Shown: positions 27,928 through 37,506 of the stretch, piece after piece | Position numbering within the stretch: the stretch's first letter is position 1 | Layout of the letters: every line of letters starts with the position of its first letter | NCBI GenBank assembly: GCA_965116475.1 | Contig: OZ220691.1 | Location: 2,144,001-2,208,000, forward strand | Reading direction: 5' to 3' | From: Gemmatimonadota bacterium | GTDB lineage: Bacteria; Gemmatimonadota; Gemmatimonadetes; Palauibacterales; Palauibacteraceae | Length of the DNA: 64,000 bases | The notes under the pieces: model-generated | The model's input: only the letters and a program-made list of their open reading frames with translations | Told to the model about the DNA's origin: nothing | Databases searched by the model: none | Program-made: the position numbers and the translations under genes

Positions 27928-28229
27928 TCCGGGATGTCGCGCCGGCTGTGCAAAACGCGCCAGACATCGATCTGATCGTGGCCTGTCATGTAGAAGACAA
28001 CGTGGGGGTAGCCCTTGAGCGGCCACGAGCGCAATCCGGGCAAGTTCACCTCGTGACCGTGCCGGGGTGAACCCGAGCGCGGGTTGTCGGCGATGTGCCG
28101 GAAGGCTTCCTGGAGCGCGTCAATGAAGCCAAGCGCGACCTGCGATCCGACTTCCTCCAGGTAGTGAGCGGTCGCCTGATCCACGTCCTGCCGGGCAGCC
28201 GCCCTCAGGACCACGGAAGCCGGCGTCAC
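27909..28229 (-). CDS. parE: ParE/RelE toxin
   Basis: AARQDV...GSPRH...LPGLRSWPLKGYPHVVFY...VWRVLHSRRD. Confidence 0.9.
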   Translation of the reverse strand: MTPASVVLRAAARQDVDQATAHYLEEVGSQVALGFIDALQEAFRHIADNPRSGSPRHGHEVNLPGLRSWPLKGYPHVVFYMTGHDQIDVWRVLHSRRDIPEWLRRS

Positions 28230-28465
28230 TCCGTTGCGTGTCTGCGAATCCGGGCGCGTAGCGCGTCGAAGTACGTCGTATCGGCGGTGACAGCGGGATC
28301 GGACTCACCGCCCTCCAACAGCAGATTTCGAAGGTGCTGCCGATCCTGATCTCGGCGGATCAGTTCACGGATGTACGCGCTGCAACTGCCGTAACCGCGA
28401 CCGACGACCTGCTCGTCGACAAACGACTTCAGAGGAGCGGGGAGCGAGATGTTCATGGTACTCAT
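28226..28465 (-). CDS. parD: ParD family RHH antitoxin
   Basis: MSTMNISLP..LKSFVDEQV..RGYGS.S.YIRELIRRD. Confidence 0.92.
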   Translation of the reverse strand: MSTMNISLPAPLKSFVDEQVVGRGYGSCSAYIRELIRRDQDRQHLRNLLLEGGESDPAVTADTTYFDALRARIRRHATE

Positions 28466-28549
28466 GTCCAAAGCGTAGAGCGTTTGGCAAGAAATGGCAA
28501 ACACATTCGGCATGCCATCCCCTCTCCCCGTTGCCGGTCCGAAGTGTCA

Positions 28550-28570
28550 TAGCTAGACTTAGTCTAGCTA
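28550..28570. promoter_or_regulatory. Operator of the second Phd-VapC module
   Basis: TAGCTAGACT-T-AGTCTAGCTA, perfect 10-bp inverted repeat; TGGCAA direct repeats at 28485-28500 probably serve parD. Confidence 0.7.
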
Positions 28571-28606
28571 GATTCTGCGCAAGTGGGCGAGGAGAGGACG
28601 TGCCGC

Positions 28607-28858
28607 ATGAGGGTGAACATGCACGAAGCGAAGTCACAGCTTTCCCGTCTGGCCAGGCTGGCCCGAGAAGGGGAAGAGGTCGTGATCTGCAACTCGGGAC
28701 AACCGTGGGTGCGCCTGATGCCGTACCGGGAACCCGTTGAACCCCGACAGCCGGGCGGCCTCGAGGGCCAGATCGTGATCGGTCCGGACTTCGACGACGA
28801 GGACGAAGAGATCATTGCGGCGTTCGAAAACTCCAGGATCTTCCCGGACGCCGACTGA
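28607..28858 (+). CDS. Phd/YefM antitoxin
   Basis: VNMHEAKSQLSRL....GEEVVI...G.P. Confidence 0.92.
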   Translation: MRVNMHEAKSQLSRLARLAREGEEVVICNSGQPWVRLMPYREPVEPRQPGGLEGQIVIGPDFDDEDEEIIAAFENSRIFPDAD

Positions 28859-28860
28859 CG

Positions 28861-29238
28861 ATGCGGCTGCTGCTCGACACACACGCGTTTCTCTGGTGGG
28901 TGTCCGACTTTCGTCGGATCGCCGAGTCGGCCCGGAAGGCGATCGCGGACCCTGAAAGCGAGGTGTTCGTGAGCGCGGTCTCCGGGTGGGAGATCGCGAT
29001 CAAGAAGGCCAAGGGTCGACTTGTCGCACCGGACAACCTGGCGGCCGTGGTAGACGAAAAGCAGTTCGCACACCTGCCGCTGACGTTCGACCAGGCCGAG
29101 CGAGCCGCGACCCTGCCGCCGCACCACCGCGATCCGTTCGACCGAATGCTCATCGCTCAAGCGCGGGCCGAAGGGCTCATCCTGGTCACGCGCGATTCGC
29201 GCATTCCGCTCTACGACGTGCCCACGCTGCGGGCCTAG
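28861..29238 (+). CDS. vapC: PIN-domain VapC toxin
   Basis: LLLDTHAFLWW...SAVSGWEIAIK...HRDPFDRMLIAQA...LVTRD. Confidence 0.94.
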   Translation: MRLLLDTHAFLWWVSDFRRIAESARKAIADPESEVFVSAVSGWEIAIKKAKGRLVAPDNLAAVVDEKQFAHLPLTFDQAERAATLPPHHRDPFDRMLIAQARAEGLILVTRDSRIPLYDVPTLRA

Positions 29239-29322
29239 CAGGGGCTGTCAGGGGTTTTGCGGCGGGACGTTAAGCGTACATTTGCGCTGTCAATCCACCG
29301 CCCGCTGAGCCCGGAGGGCCCC

Positions 29323-30588
29323 ATGGATCGCCGGTCATCGCCTCTCCCGCGCCGCCGCTTTCTCCACCTGACCGGGGCCGCCCTCGGCCTCGCCGCGACC
29401 TCCGGCTGCGCGACCGCCGCGGGGGTGCGCGGTACGGGCGCCGGCCTGCTGTCCGCCGCCGGCACCGCCGACCGCACCTGGACTCCCGAGCGCTTCGATC
29501 CGTGGATCGAACTCGACCGCGCCGCCTGGACACACAACGTTCGCGAGGCCGCGCGGCTGGCGAGCGGACGCCCCATCCTCGCGGTCGTGAAGAACAACGC
29601 CTACGGCCTGGGCGACCGTGCGGTCGGCCCGCTCCTCGCCGGGCTGCCCGAGGTGGGCGGCATCGCCTCCGTACGCGCCGAGGAAGCCCTCGCCATGCGG
29701 GAGGCGGGGGTGACCAAGCCCATCGTCGTCATGGCCGAGGGACCCGAGGACGAGATCGAGGAACTGGCGAGGCACGACGTGCTCCCGTCCGTGTGGCTGG
29801 ATGATGCGCCCGTGCGGCTGCGGAGCGTGTCCAGGCGACTCGGCCGTCCCGTGCCCGTCCAACTCTTCATCGATACGGGGATGAACCGGGAGGGGATGCC
29901 GTACACCCGCGCGCGCGGGTGGATCGAGGAACTCGTGCAAAGCGAACACGTCGACGTGAACGGCACCTACACCATGTTCACGCACGACCTCGACTTCGAC
30001 CGGGAGCAGCTCGCCCGCTTCGAGGAACTCCTCGCGTGGGCCCGCGGGAAGAACCTTCCGCTCGGCACCCTCCACGCTTCACCCTCGTTCGAGCTGTTCC
30101 ACCTGCCCGAGGCGCACTACGACATGGTGCGGCCCGGGAACGCGCTGTTCGGCAACCACCCCGGCGGCGAGGGTGCCAGTGAAATGGCCGACCTCAAGCC
30201 CGTGTTCCGCCTGAACGCGCGCGTCGTGCGCGTCGAACGCCTCGAGCCGGGCGACGGCGCGGGCTTCTACCACACCTTCACCGCCGACCGTGCGACGTGG
30301 GTGGCGCTGCTGCCGATCGGCCGCACCGACGGCTATCCGTCCGAAGCGAACGGGACCTGCGAGGTGTTGATCAACGGCCGTCTCTACCCGGTTGCGGGAG
30401 GGGTCAACTCCGCGCACACCATCCTCGACATCGGTCCGGAGAAGACGGTCGAGGTCGGCGATGTCGCCACCCTCATCGGCCCCGACCATCCGTCCGTGCT
30501 CCCCCACACCGTCGCCGAACGGACGGGCCGCGGCTTCCTCGGCATCATCCAGTTCATGAACCCCCGACTCCCGAGACGGGTGGTGTAG
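29323..30588 (+). CDS. Alanine racemase-fold PLP enzyme with Tat/lipoprotein signal
   Basis: AVVKNNAYG, IDTGMNREG, DMVRPG; RRRFL signal. Confidence 0.85.
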   Translation: MDRRSSPLPRRRFLHLTGAALGLAATSGCATAAGVRGTGAGLLSAAGTADRTWTPERFDPWIELDRAAWTHNVREAARLASGRPILAVVKNNAYGLGDRAVGPLLAGLPEVGGIASVRAEEALAMREAGVTKPIVVMAEGPEDEIEELARHDVLPSVWLDDAPVRLRSVSRRLGRPVPVQLFIDTGMNREGMPYTRARGWIEELVQSEHVDVNGTYTMFTHDLDFDREQLARFEELLAWARGKNLPLGTLHASPSFELFHLPEAHYDMVRPGNALFGNHPGGEGASEMADLKPVFRLNARVVRVERLEPGDGAGFYHTFTADRATWVALLPIGRTDGYPSEANGTCEVLINGRLYPVAGGVNSAHTILDIGPEKTVEVGDVATLIGPDHPSVLPHTVAERTGRGFLGIIQFMNPRLPRRVV

Positions 30589-30623
30589 GTCCCACGTCCG
30601 GTGAGCTGCGCCCGCGGCACCGC

Positions 30624-31919
30624 TCAGGCACAGCGGTCCGCAATCGCCGCTATCGCGGCGTCGATCTCGTCGCGGGTGTTGAAGAAGTGGATCGACAGGC
30701 GGAAGTCGCGCTCGTGCCGGACCGGAGAGCCGAGGATCCCCTCGTCTTCGCGCAGATCGCTGTATAACTGCGTGGCGTCGCATCCCTCCGGGAGTCGAAC
30801 GACGAACACGCCCGAGCGGTCCGGGCGCGCCCGGGGGGATGACACGCCCAGTCCCTCGGTGGCGTCCACGGCTTCGGTCGCGTGGTCGACGAGCCACTGG
30901 ATTCGCTCCTCGATCCTCGCCAGGCCGATGTCCTCCATCCAGTCGACCGCGTGGGCGAAGCCGGCGAAGTCCGCGAGCGCGCGGGTGCCGAACTCGTAGC
31001 GGGCGGCGCTGGGGAGCAGCGTGTAGGCGCCCTCGTAGTCCATCGTCGCATGGCTGTGCGAACCGGCCCAGCTGAGTTGCACGTCATCGAGCATCTCCCG
31101 GCGCACGAAGAGCGCGCCCGTACCCTTGGGGCCGAGCAGCCACTTGTGGCCGCACGTCGAATAGCCGTCGCAGCCGAGGGCGCGGAAGTCGGTCGCGACG
31201 CAGCCGGGGCCCTGCGCGCCGTCGAGGTGGTAGCGCACGCCGCGGGCGCGCAGGAGGTCGCCCAGTTCGGCGGACTCGTCCGCCCGCAGCGTCCGTCCGT
31301 TGTTCCGCGATACGTGGCTGATACTCACCATCCGCGTGCGGTCCGAGAGCTGGCCGCGAACCTCGTCGATGAGCCCGGTGCCGGGACTCAGGTCGATCTC
31401 GCGGATCACGATTCCGAACCGGTCCCGCAGGACGTACCACGGGATGACGTTGGCGGGATGTTCCGTGTTGGAGATCACGACCTCGTCGCCCGCCTCCCAG
31501 TTCAGGCTCCAGGCGACGATGGCGATCCCCTCGGAGGTGCTGTGCGTGAGCGCGACCTCTTCGGTTTCGGCGCCGAACACGCGCGCCAGTTGCGCCCGCA
31601 GGTCGGGCTCGATGCGGGCCATCTCGTCCGAGATGCGGGGCTCGGCCGGACTCCGGTTCTGGAAGGCGAGCCGCTCCTGGATGTGGTCGATGACCGCCTC
31701 GGGAGCCGGGCCGATGCCGCCCGTCTGGAAGTACAGGCTCTCCGTCGAGGCGGGGATCTCGGCGCGCGCCCGCGCCACCCAGGCTTCCTGAGGGCGACCC
31801 CGACCGGCGGGGCGCGAAACCGGGTCGACCGACAGGGCGAGCCGCCCCACGGGCACGATCGGCGCCAGCGCCAGCGCGCCCGCGGACCGGCGGAGGAAGC
31901 TGCGTCGACTCGTGTTCAT
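30624..31919 (-). CDS. Class V PLP aminotransferase-fold enzyme (cysteine desulfurase/isopenicillin N epimerase-like), Tat signal
   Basis: SRRSFL; EHPAN, DGAQ, CGHKWLLGPKGTG, RYEFGT. Confidence 0.88.
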   Translation of the reverse strand: MNTSRRSFLRRSAGALALAPIVPVGRLALSVDPVSRPAGRGRPQEAWVARARAEIPASTESLYFQTGGIGPAPEAVIDHIQERLAFQNRSPAEPRISDEMARIEPDLRAQLARVFGAETEEVALTHSTSEGIAIVAWSLNWEAGDEVVISNTEHPANVIPWYVLRDRFGIVIREIDLSPGTGLIDEVRGQLSDRTRMVSISHVSRNNGRTLRADESAELGDLLRARGVRYHLDGAQGPGCVATDFRALGCDGYSTCGHKWLLGPKGTGALFVRREMLDDVQLSWAGSHSHATMDYEGAYTLLPSAARYEFGTRALADFAGFAHAVDWMEDIGLARIEERIQWLVDHATEAVDATEGLGVSSPRARPDRSGVFVVRLPEGCDATQLYSDLREDEGILGSPVRHERDFRLSIHFFNTRDEIDAAIAAIADRCA

Positions 31920-33403
31920 GGCTCGTCCTCCGGATTCCCCTCGCTCAGGATCAGCCACCGCAACCTTTCCTCGCTGACCGTTCTGCGCAGGGGGGCGGCG
32001 GCCCGGTAGAAGGCGAAGCCCAGCGCGGACCAGGCGACGAGCACAATCCACTCGGCGGGGATGCGCCCCCCCGCGGCCCGGAAGGGCTCCCACGCGGCGA
32101 CCCCCGCCAGCAGCAGCGCGAGGAGCGCGCTGAGGTACAGGAATCCCCGGCCTCCGGGCACGGTGTACGGGCGCGGCTGATCGGGTCGTGTCCTGCGCAG
32201 CCGGAGAACCCCGACTACGACGACGAGGAACACCACCCCGGCCGAGATCGACGCCGCGCCGACGATCACCAGGATCGCGTTGCGCCCGAACAGCGCCCCC
32301 ACCGCTCCCATCACGGCGACGAAGATCACGGCGGCCGATGGTGAGCCGTGTCGGTCATGCACCTTCGCGAGGCGGTGTGGGATCATGTGCGCCCGCGCCA
32401 TCGCGAACACGATCCGCGTGGCCGCGAAGAAGAGCGCGTTCCACGTCGTGATGAGTCCGCACAGCCCCGCGAACAGGACGACGCGCCCGAGGATCGGAGA
32501 CGCGAAGGCCGCTTCGATCGCCGCGGCGGCCGGGAGTTCGGACGCGAGCAGCTGCGGACGCGGGAGGCTCATCGCCGTCGCGAGGATCACGAGACAGTAG
32601 AAGGCGAGCGCGAAGACGATCGAGGCGCCGATCACGCGGGGGAGGAGCCGCAGCCGGGCGCCCGCCTCCACCTCTTCCATCGCCTGCGGGATCGTATCGA
32701 ACCCCGCGTACCAGAACCCGGCGGTCGCGAGCACGACGGCCACCCCGGCCACGGCGGCGCCCGGGGTCGTCCCCGTGAACAGGGGTTCGAGATTGGCGGC
32801 GCTCCCTCCCGCCACCCCCGCGACGACGAAGATCGCCGTCAGGAGGATGAGTCCGCCCGTCATCAGATCCTGGAACCAGGCGGCCGTCTTACCGCCCCGG
32901 TAGTTGATGATCGCGATCGCGGCCATCACGGCAAGCCCGAGGACGAGGCTCCACAACCGCACCTCCTGCCCCAGCAGCGTGTAGATCACCGGACCGCCGA
33001 ACCCCGGGACGAGCGCGGACACCACCCACTCGACGGAGATCGCCTCGAAGGAGGTCGTGAAGATGTAGATGAAGCCGAGGAACCAGGCGCAGGCGAAGCT
33101 CCACCGCGCGCCCCACGCCTCGAACACGTACGCGACCTCGCCCCCCGTGACCGGATAGGCCGCGGCCATCTCCGCGTAGCAGAGGCCGATCGCCAGCATG
33201 CCGAGGCCGCCGATCGCGAACGCGATGATGGCCCCCATCACCCCGGCGCCGCTCAGCCACGCCCCCATGACGGTGATCCAGCCCACGCCGATGATCGTGC
33301 CGAAGGCGAGCGAGAAGAGGGATCGAAGCCGGATCCCCCTCCCCAGCACTTCCCGCTCGCCGCCGGGGTTCGGGGTCATCGGCTCAACGGCGGGCGCGGT
33401 CAT
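31916..33403 (-). CDS. APC family amino acid permease
   Basis: GTIIGVGW, YAEMAAAYPVTGGE, YAGFD; about 12 TM segments. Confidence 0.9.
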   Translation of the reverse strand: MTAPAVEPMTPNPGGEREVLGRGIRLRSLFSLAFGTIIGVGWITVMGAWLSGAGVMGAIIAFAIGGLGMLAIGLCYAEMAAAYPVTGGEVAYVFEAWGARWSFACAWFLGFIYIFTTSFEAISVEWVVSALVPGFGGPVIYTLLGQEVRLWSLVLGLAVMAAIAIINYRGGKTAAWFQDLMTGGLILLTAIFVVAGVAGGSAANLEPLFTGTTPGAAVAGVAVVLATAGFWYAGFDTIPQAMEEVEAGARLRLLPRVIGASIVFALAFYCLVILATAMSLPRPQLLASELPAAAAIEAAFASPILGRVVLFAGLCGLITTWNALFFAATRIVFAMARAHMIPHRLAKVHDRHGSPSAAVIFVAVMGAVGALFGRNAILVIVGAASISAGVVFLVVVVGVLRLRRTRPDQPRPYTVPGGRGFLYLSALLALLLAGVAAWEPFRAAGGRIPAEWIVLVAWSALGFAFYRAAAPLRRTVSEERLRWLILSEGNPEDEP

Positions 33404-33408
33404 GGGGC

Positions 33409-34368
33409 TCAGCTGTACTGCGACGGGGTCGGCGAAAGGCCGAGCATCTCGCGCGCCTGGGCGGGCGTGGCGACCTCGCGGTTCAGTTCGTGCGCGATTC
33501 GCACGGCCCGTTCCACGAGTTGCCGGTTGCTCCGCACCTTCTCTCCGCGGCGGTAGTAGATGTTGTCCTCCAGCCCCACCCGGACGTGGCCCCCCATGAG
33601 CGTGGCCAGCGTCGTCATGGGCAACTGGTGCGGCCCGATGCCGGAACAGAGCCACACCGACCCTTCCGGGAACTCGCGCACCATGTTCACGACGTTGTCC
33701 ACCGTGGGCCAACTCGACGTCTGGTAGCCCATCACCGTCTGCACCCAGTACGGCGGCTCGATGAGGCCCTGGGCGATCAGGTCGCGGATCACCCACCCGC
33801 ACCCGGGATGGTACGTCTCGAGTTCCGGCTTGATGCTCCGCTTCTTCATCTCCGCGGCGAAGTGCGCGATCTGCCTGTACGAGAACGGCACGCAGTCGTC
33901 GTAGTCGATCGCGGGGCGCGGGTGCGTGAACTCCTCCCCGCGCGGCTTGAGGCTGAACTTCCCCATGTCCGGGGCGAGGTTCAGCGAGGCGACTTCGGGG
34001 TTGGCGTCGAGACAGGCCAGGCGCTGTTCATCGTTCATCCACAGATCGCCGCCCGTCGTGTTGTTGATGATGATCCCGGGGCAGCGCTCGCGCAGCCGGC
34101 GGTTCGCGTCCAGCCACACCTGCCGCGTCGTCGCCCCCTTCCACAGCGTCTCCGGATTCCGGGCGTGGATGTGCACCATCGAAGCGCCCGCGTCGTACGC
34201 CCTGCCGACGGATTCGGCCAGCTCCTCGGACGTCTCCGGGAGAGCGTCGTTATATTCTTTGCCCTGGATACCACCGTTCGCGGCCAGACAGATGATGACG
34301 GGGGGCATGCCGCCGGCGACCCTGTCCATGTAGGCGTAGGGGTCGCCGTAGTTCCAGGTTGTGGTCAT
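33409..34368 (-). CDS. Beta-keto acid cleavage enzyme (BKACE/DUF849)
   Basis: AGASMVHIHAR, TTGG, PEVASLN, KPELE, GGHVRVGLEDN. Confidence 0.93.
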   Translation of the reverse strand: MTTTWNYGDPYAYMDRVAGGMPPVIICLAANGGIQGKEYNDALPETSEELAESVGRAYDAGASMVHIHARNPETLWKGATTRQVWLDANRRLRERCPGIIINNTTGGDLWMNDEQRLACLDANPEVASLNLAPDMGKFSLKPRGEEFTHPRPAIDYDDCVPFSYRQIAHFAAEMKKRSIKPELETYHPGCGWVIRDLIAQGLIEPPYWVQTVMGYQTSSWPTVDNVVNMVREFPEGSVWLCSGIGPHQLPMTTLATLMGGHVRVGLEDNIYYRRGEKVRSNRQLVERAVRIAHELNREVATPAQAREMLGLSPTPSQYS

Positions 34369-34467
34369 CTGCTCCTCGGAAGGCTGTGACGGCTGTTATC
34401 GTCTCGGGAGGTTGTTCCCGGCCCTCGGGAGCCTTGGCCATCTCACACCGATTCACAAGAGGATGCC

Positions 34468-35370
34468 ATGTCCGGCACGGAGCGCGTCGCAGAGGTGGTA
34501 GCCATCATCGGCGCGGGAACGATGGGACGGCGGATCGCCTACGGCTGCGCGGTGCGGGGGGTGCGCGCGCGGCTGCACGATATCTCGGAGGAGGCGCTGG
34601 ACGGGGCGCTGGTTGCCGTGGGCGCGCTGCTCAAGACCGCGGACGAAGGGGACGGGCACGGAGCCGGCGCGACACATGGGCCCGTGGAGGCGTGCCGGGA
34701 TCTCGAGGACTGCGTGCGCGAGGCGGACTGGGTCATCGAGACGGTCCACGAGGACGTTGAACTGAAACGCGTGGTCCTCGGGCGGATCGGCGCGGCGGCG
34801 CCGCCGGAGGCGTTCATCGCCTCCAACACCTCCTCGCTGCCGGGGTCGTGGCTAGCGGAGTCGACGGGCCGTCCCAGGCGCTTCACGAACATGAACTTCG
34901 GCCCGCCGGAGGACATCAAGGTCGAGGTCATGGGACACCCAGGCACCGACCCCGCGACGATCGATGCGGCGAAGCGGTTCCTGCGCGGGCTCGGCCTCGT
35001 GCCGATCGTCGCCCGCCGCGAGATCCAGGGCTATCCGACGAACCGGATCTGGCGCGCTATCAAGAAGGAGTCTCTCCACCTGATCGCCGGCGGCTACCTG
35101 AGCGCCGAAGAGATCGACCGGGCGTGGATGCTCGACTGGGGCACGCCGGTGGGGCCGTGCGGACTCATGGACGTGGTCGGACTCGATGTCGTGCGCGACA
35201 TCGAGAACGTGTACTACAACGCCTCCGGAGACCCGTCCGACAAGCCGCCCGGTTTCCTCGACCGCATGGTCGAGCGCGGGGAACTGGGCGTGAAGTCGGG
35301 GAAGGGGTTCTACACCTACCCGTCGCCCGCCTTCGAGCGGGAGGGCTGGCTCACGGCCTCCGACGACTGA
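34468..35370 (+). CDS. 3-hydroxyacyl-CoA/carnitine dehydrogenase family protein
   Basis: GAGTMG, E...E...LK, ASNTSS, D.VGLD, GELGVKSGKGFY. Confidence 0.9.
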   Translation: MSGTERVAEVVAIIGAGTMGRRIAYGCAVRGVRARLHDISEEALDGALVAVGALLKTADEGDGHGAGATHGPVEACRDLEDCVREADWVIETVHEDVELKRVVLGRIGAAAPPEAFIASNTSSLPGSWLAESTGRPRRFTNMNFGPPEDIKVEVMGHPGTDPATIDAAKRFLRGLGLVPIVARREIQGYPTNRIWRAIKKESLHLIAGGYLSAEEIDRAWMLDWGTPVGPCGLMDVVGLDVVRDIENVYYNASGDPSDKPPGFLDRMVERGELGVKSGKGFYTYPSPAFEREGWLTASDD

Positions 35371-35390
35371 CGCCGGCGGTTCCTCCTCTT

Positions 35391-35453
35391 ACGAAGGTCT
35401 TCGTTGACAGGGCAGGCGGAACCACGTATCCTTTCGTACGAAGATGTTCGTAC
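35391..35453 (+). promoter_or_regulatory. Sigma70 promoter with two BlaI-type operators
   Basis: TTGACA(35404)-17 bp-TATCCT(35427); palindromes ACGAAG-GT-CTTCGT (35391-35404) and GTACGAA-N4-TTCGTAC (35436-35453). Confidence 0.8.
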
Positions 35454-35503
35454 ATGTTTCGAGCGGAGACGCTGCCAGGGCGCTGCCAGGAGGAGGTGAA
35501 GCC

Positions 35504-35878
35504 TTGAGGGACCCGACATTCAGCGACCGGGAGCTGGACATCATGAGCGTCCTGTGGCGCCGCGGGTCCGGCTCCGTGAGCGAGGTCATGGACGCGCTCG
35601 AGGACGAGGTCGGCTACACGACCGTGCTCAAGATCCTCCAGATCCTGGAGAAGAAGGGCGCCGTCCGGCACGAGGCGGAGGGTCGCGCGTACCGGTACTT
35701 CCCCCTCGTCGCCTCCGAGACGGCCGGAGAAACGGCCCTGGCCCGGATCCGGGACAAGATCTTCGGCGGGTCGGCGGAACTCGTCCTCGCCCAGCTCATC
35801 TCGGGCCGGGAGGTCTCGGCGGAGGAACTGGAGCGCATGCGGCGGATCCTCGACGAACTGGAGGAGGACGAGCCATGA
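35504..35878 (+). CDS. BlaI/MecI/CopY transcriptional repressor
   Basis: RELDIMSVLW...YTTVLKILQILEKKG.V....GRAYRY; AGGAGG RBS plus TTG. Confidence 0.92.
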   Translation: MRDPTFSDRELDIMSVLWRRGSGSVSEVMDALEDEVGYTTVLKILQILEKKGAVRHEAEGRAYRYFPLVASETAGETALARIRDKIFGGSAELVLAQLISGREVSAEELERMRRILDELEEDEP

Positions 35879-37362
35879 CTCTGGCCACGATGACCTACGG
35901 ACTGATCGTCGCGACCCTCGTGGGCGCCGCCGCGTGGTTCGTCGATCGGGGTCTGCGGGCCCACCGGCAGCCGACCCGGTGGATCTGGCTCGGCGCCGTC
36001 GGCGTTGGCGCGCTGGCGCCGTTTCTTCCCCGATTCCTTCCGGCCGCGGCAACCGCGGACGGTCCCGGACCCTTCGCCCTTCCCGTTCGAACCCTGTATG
36101 AGCTCGGAACACCGGCTCCGCAGCTCCCCGAGGAAAGCCCGAGCCTTCTCGCCAAAGTTGGGATGGACGATCCTCTCGGAGCCCTCTGGATCGCGGGTTC
36201 CGTCGTTGTCCTCATCCTCTTCGTCCTGCTCTGCCTCCGCCTGCGGCGGTTGCGCGCGACGTGGGAACTCCGGGACGTCTGCGGCGAGAAAGTGCTGCGC
36301 TCGGAGAGGTTCGGGCCAGCCGTTGTGGGGCTGATCCGGTCCCGGATCGTCCTTCCATCCTGGGCCTTCGGCCTCGGCGAGAAGGAACTCGAGATGGTCG
36401 TACTGCACGAACGGGAGCACATGAGGGCGCGCGATCCCGTGCTCCTGGCGGCGGGACTCCTGCTCGCGGCGCTCTCGCCCTGGAATCCGGCCGTCTGGTG
36501 GTCGCTTGCCAGGCTCCGGCTCGCCGTGGAAGGGGATTGCGACCGCCGCGTGCTGGCCCAAGGCACACCCGCCCGGAGCTACGCGCGCCTGCTCCTGGCG
36601 GTCGCCGCCGGATCCCGGCGTACCCCAAATCCGGCGCCGGCCCTGATTCGCGGCGGCCAATCGGTAATCGAAAGGAGACTCATGATGATCAGGTCCGCCA
36701 CGAAGAAGCCCCGAATCCGGGCTTCCATCCTCACCGCCGCGGCCGGGTTGGCCCTGTTCGCCCTGGCCTGCGACACCCCGATCCCGCAGGGCCCCGCCGA
36801 GCCCGAGCGCGCCTCGCGCCTGGAAGGAGTCACCAGCTCGGAGGGAGTCATTTCCTCGGAGACCGTCGGCCCGGAGGCGGGCGTCGGTCTGGAAGCTGGG
36901 ATCGGGTACGTGGACGAAGATGGAACCTACCTGCTCCCCTCGGGGAACTGGGTGGTCGATCCGGTGACAGGTGTCGGGTACGTGGATGTGGACGAAGACG
37001 GAACCTTCCAGGCGGTCGACCTCGACTCGGCAGCCGAATCGCGCATCCGCAGCACGGTCGAGCGCATCGAACGCCTCAAGCGTGACATCGAAGCCACGCG
37101 CGAGAGGCTCGGGGAGCGGCTGCGACCGGGCGAATTCACGAATGAGGAGGTCCCCAGGGATCTGTGGTTGCGGCTGGGAACCGTGACGGAGCGCCTGCAA
37201 TCCGCGTGGGAGGAGATGGTCACCGAGTTGGCCATGGAGGTTCGCCGGCTCCACACGGCTGTCGAGGCGGGCGAGATCACGCACGAGGAGGCGGAGCAAA
37301 TGCTCCGGACCCACATGGAGGCCAGTAACGTCCGGCTGCACTTGCGCGACAAGCAGCGCTGA
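35875..37362 (+). CDS. M56 (BlaR1-like) membrane metallopeptidase with atypical C-terminus
   Basis: GPAVVG, HEREH, PWNPAVW, EGDCD. Confidence 0.88.
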   Translation: MTLATMTYGLIVATLVGAAAWFVDRGLRAHRQPTRWIWLGAVGVGALAPFLPRFLPAAATADGPGPFALPVRTLYELGTPAPQLPEESPSLLAKVGMDDPLGALWIAGSVVVLILFVLLCLRLRRLRATWELRDVCGEKVLRSERFGPAVVGLIRSRIVLPSWAFGLGEKELEMVVLHEREHMRARDPVLLAAGLLLAALSPWNPAVWWSLARLRLAVEGDCDRRVLAQGTPARSYARLLLAVAAGSRRTPNPAPALIRGGQSVIERRLMMIRSATKKPRIRASILTAAAGLALFALACDTPIPQGPAEPERASRLEGVTSSEGVISSETVGPEAGVGLEAGIGYVDEDGTYLLPSGNWVVDPVTGVGYVDVDEDGTFQAVDLDSAAESRIRSTVERIERLKRDIEATRERLGERLRPGEFTNEEVPRDLWLRLGTVTERLQSAWEEMVTELAMEVRRLHTAVEAGEITHEEAEQMLRTHMEASNVRLHLRDKQR

Positions 37363-37506
37363 TCCGCGATCCCGGGGCCGGAGACCGTTGCGGCCCGGCG
37401 TCCCCGACGGCACCGTAACTCTGCTCGGTAGCGCCTCCGAGCCCTGACCCGCGCGGGTCGCGCTCGGAGGCGCCAGTCGCGGGACACTCCGACCCGGGGA
37501 AGACAC

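Noticed and set aside
27908..29263. Degenerate GTCAGG... similarity flanking the double TA block
   Set aside because: Only about 12/17 identity; suggestive but unsupported.
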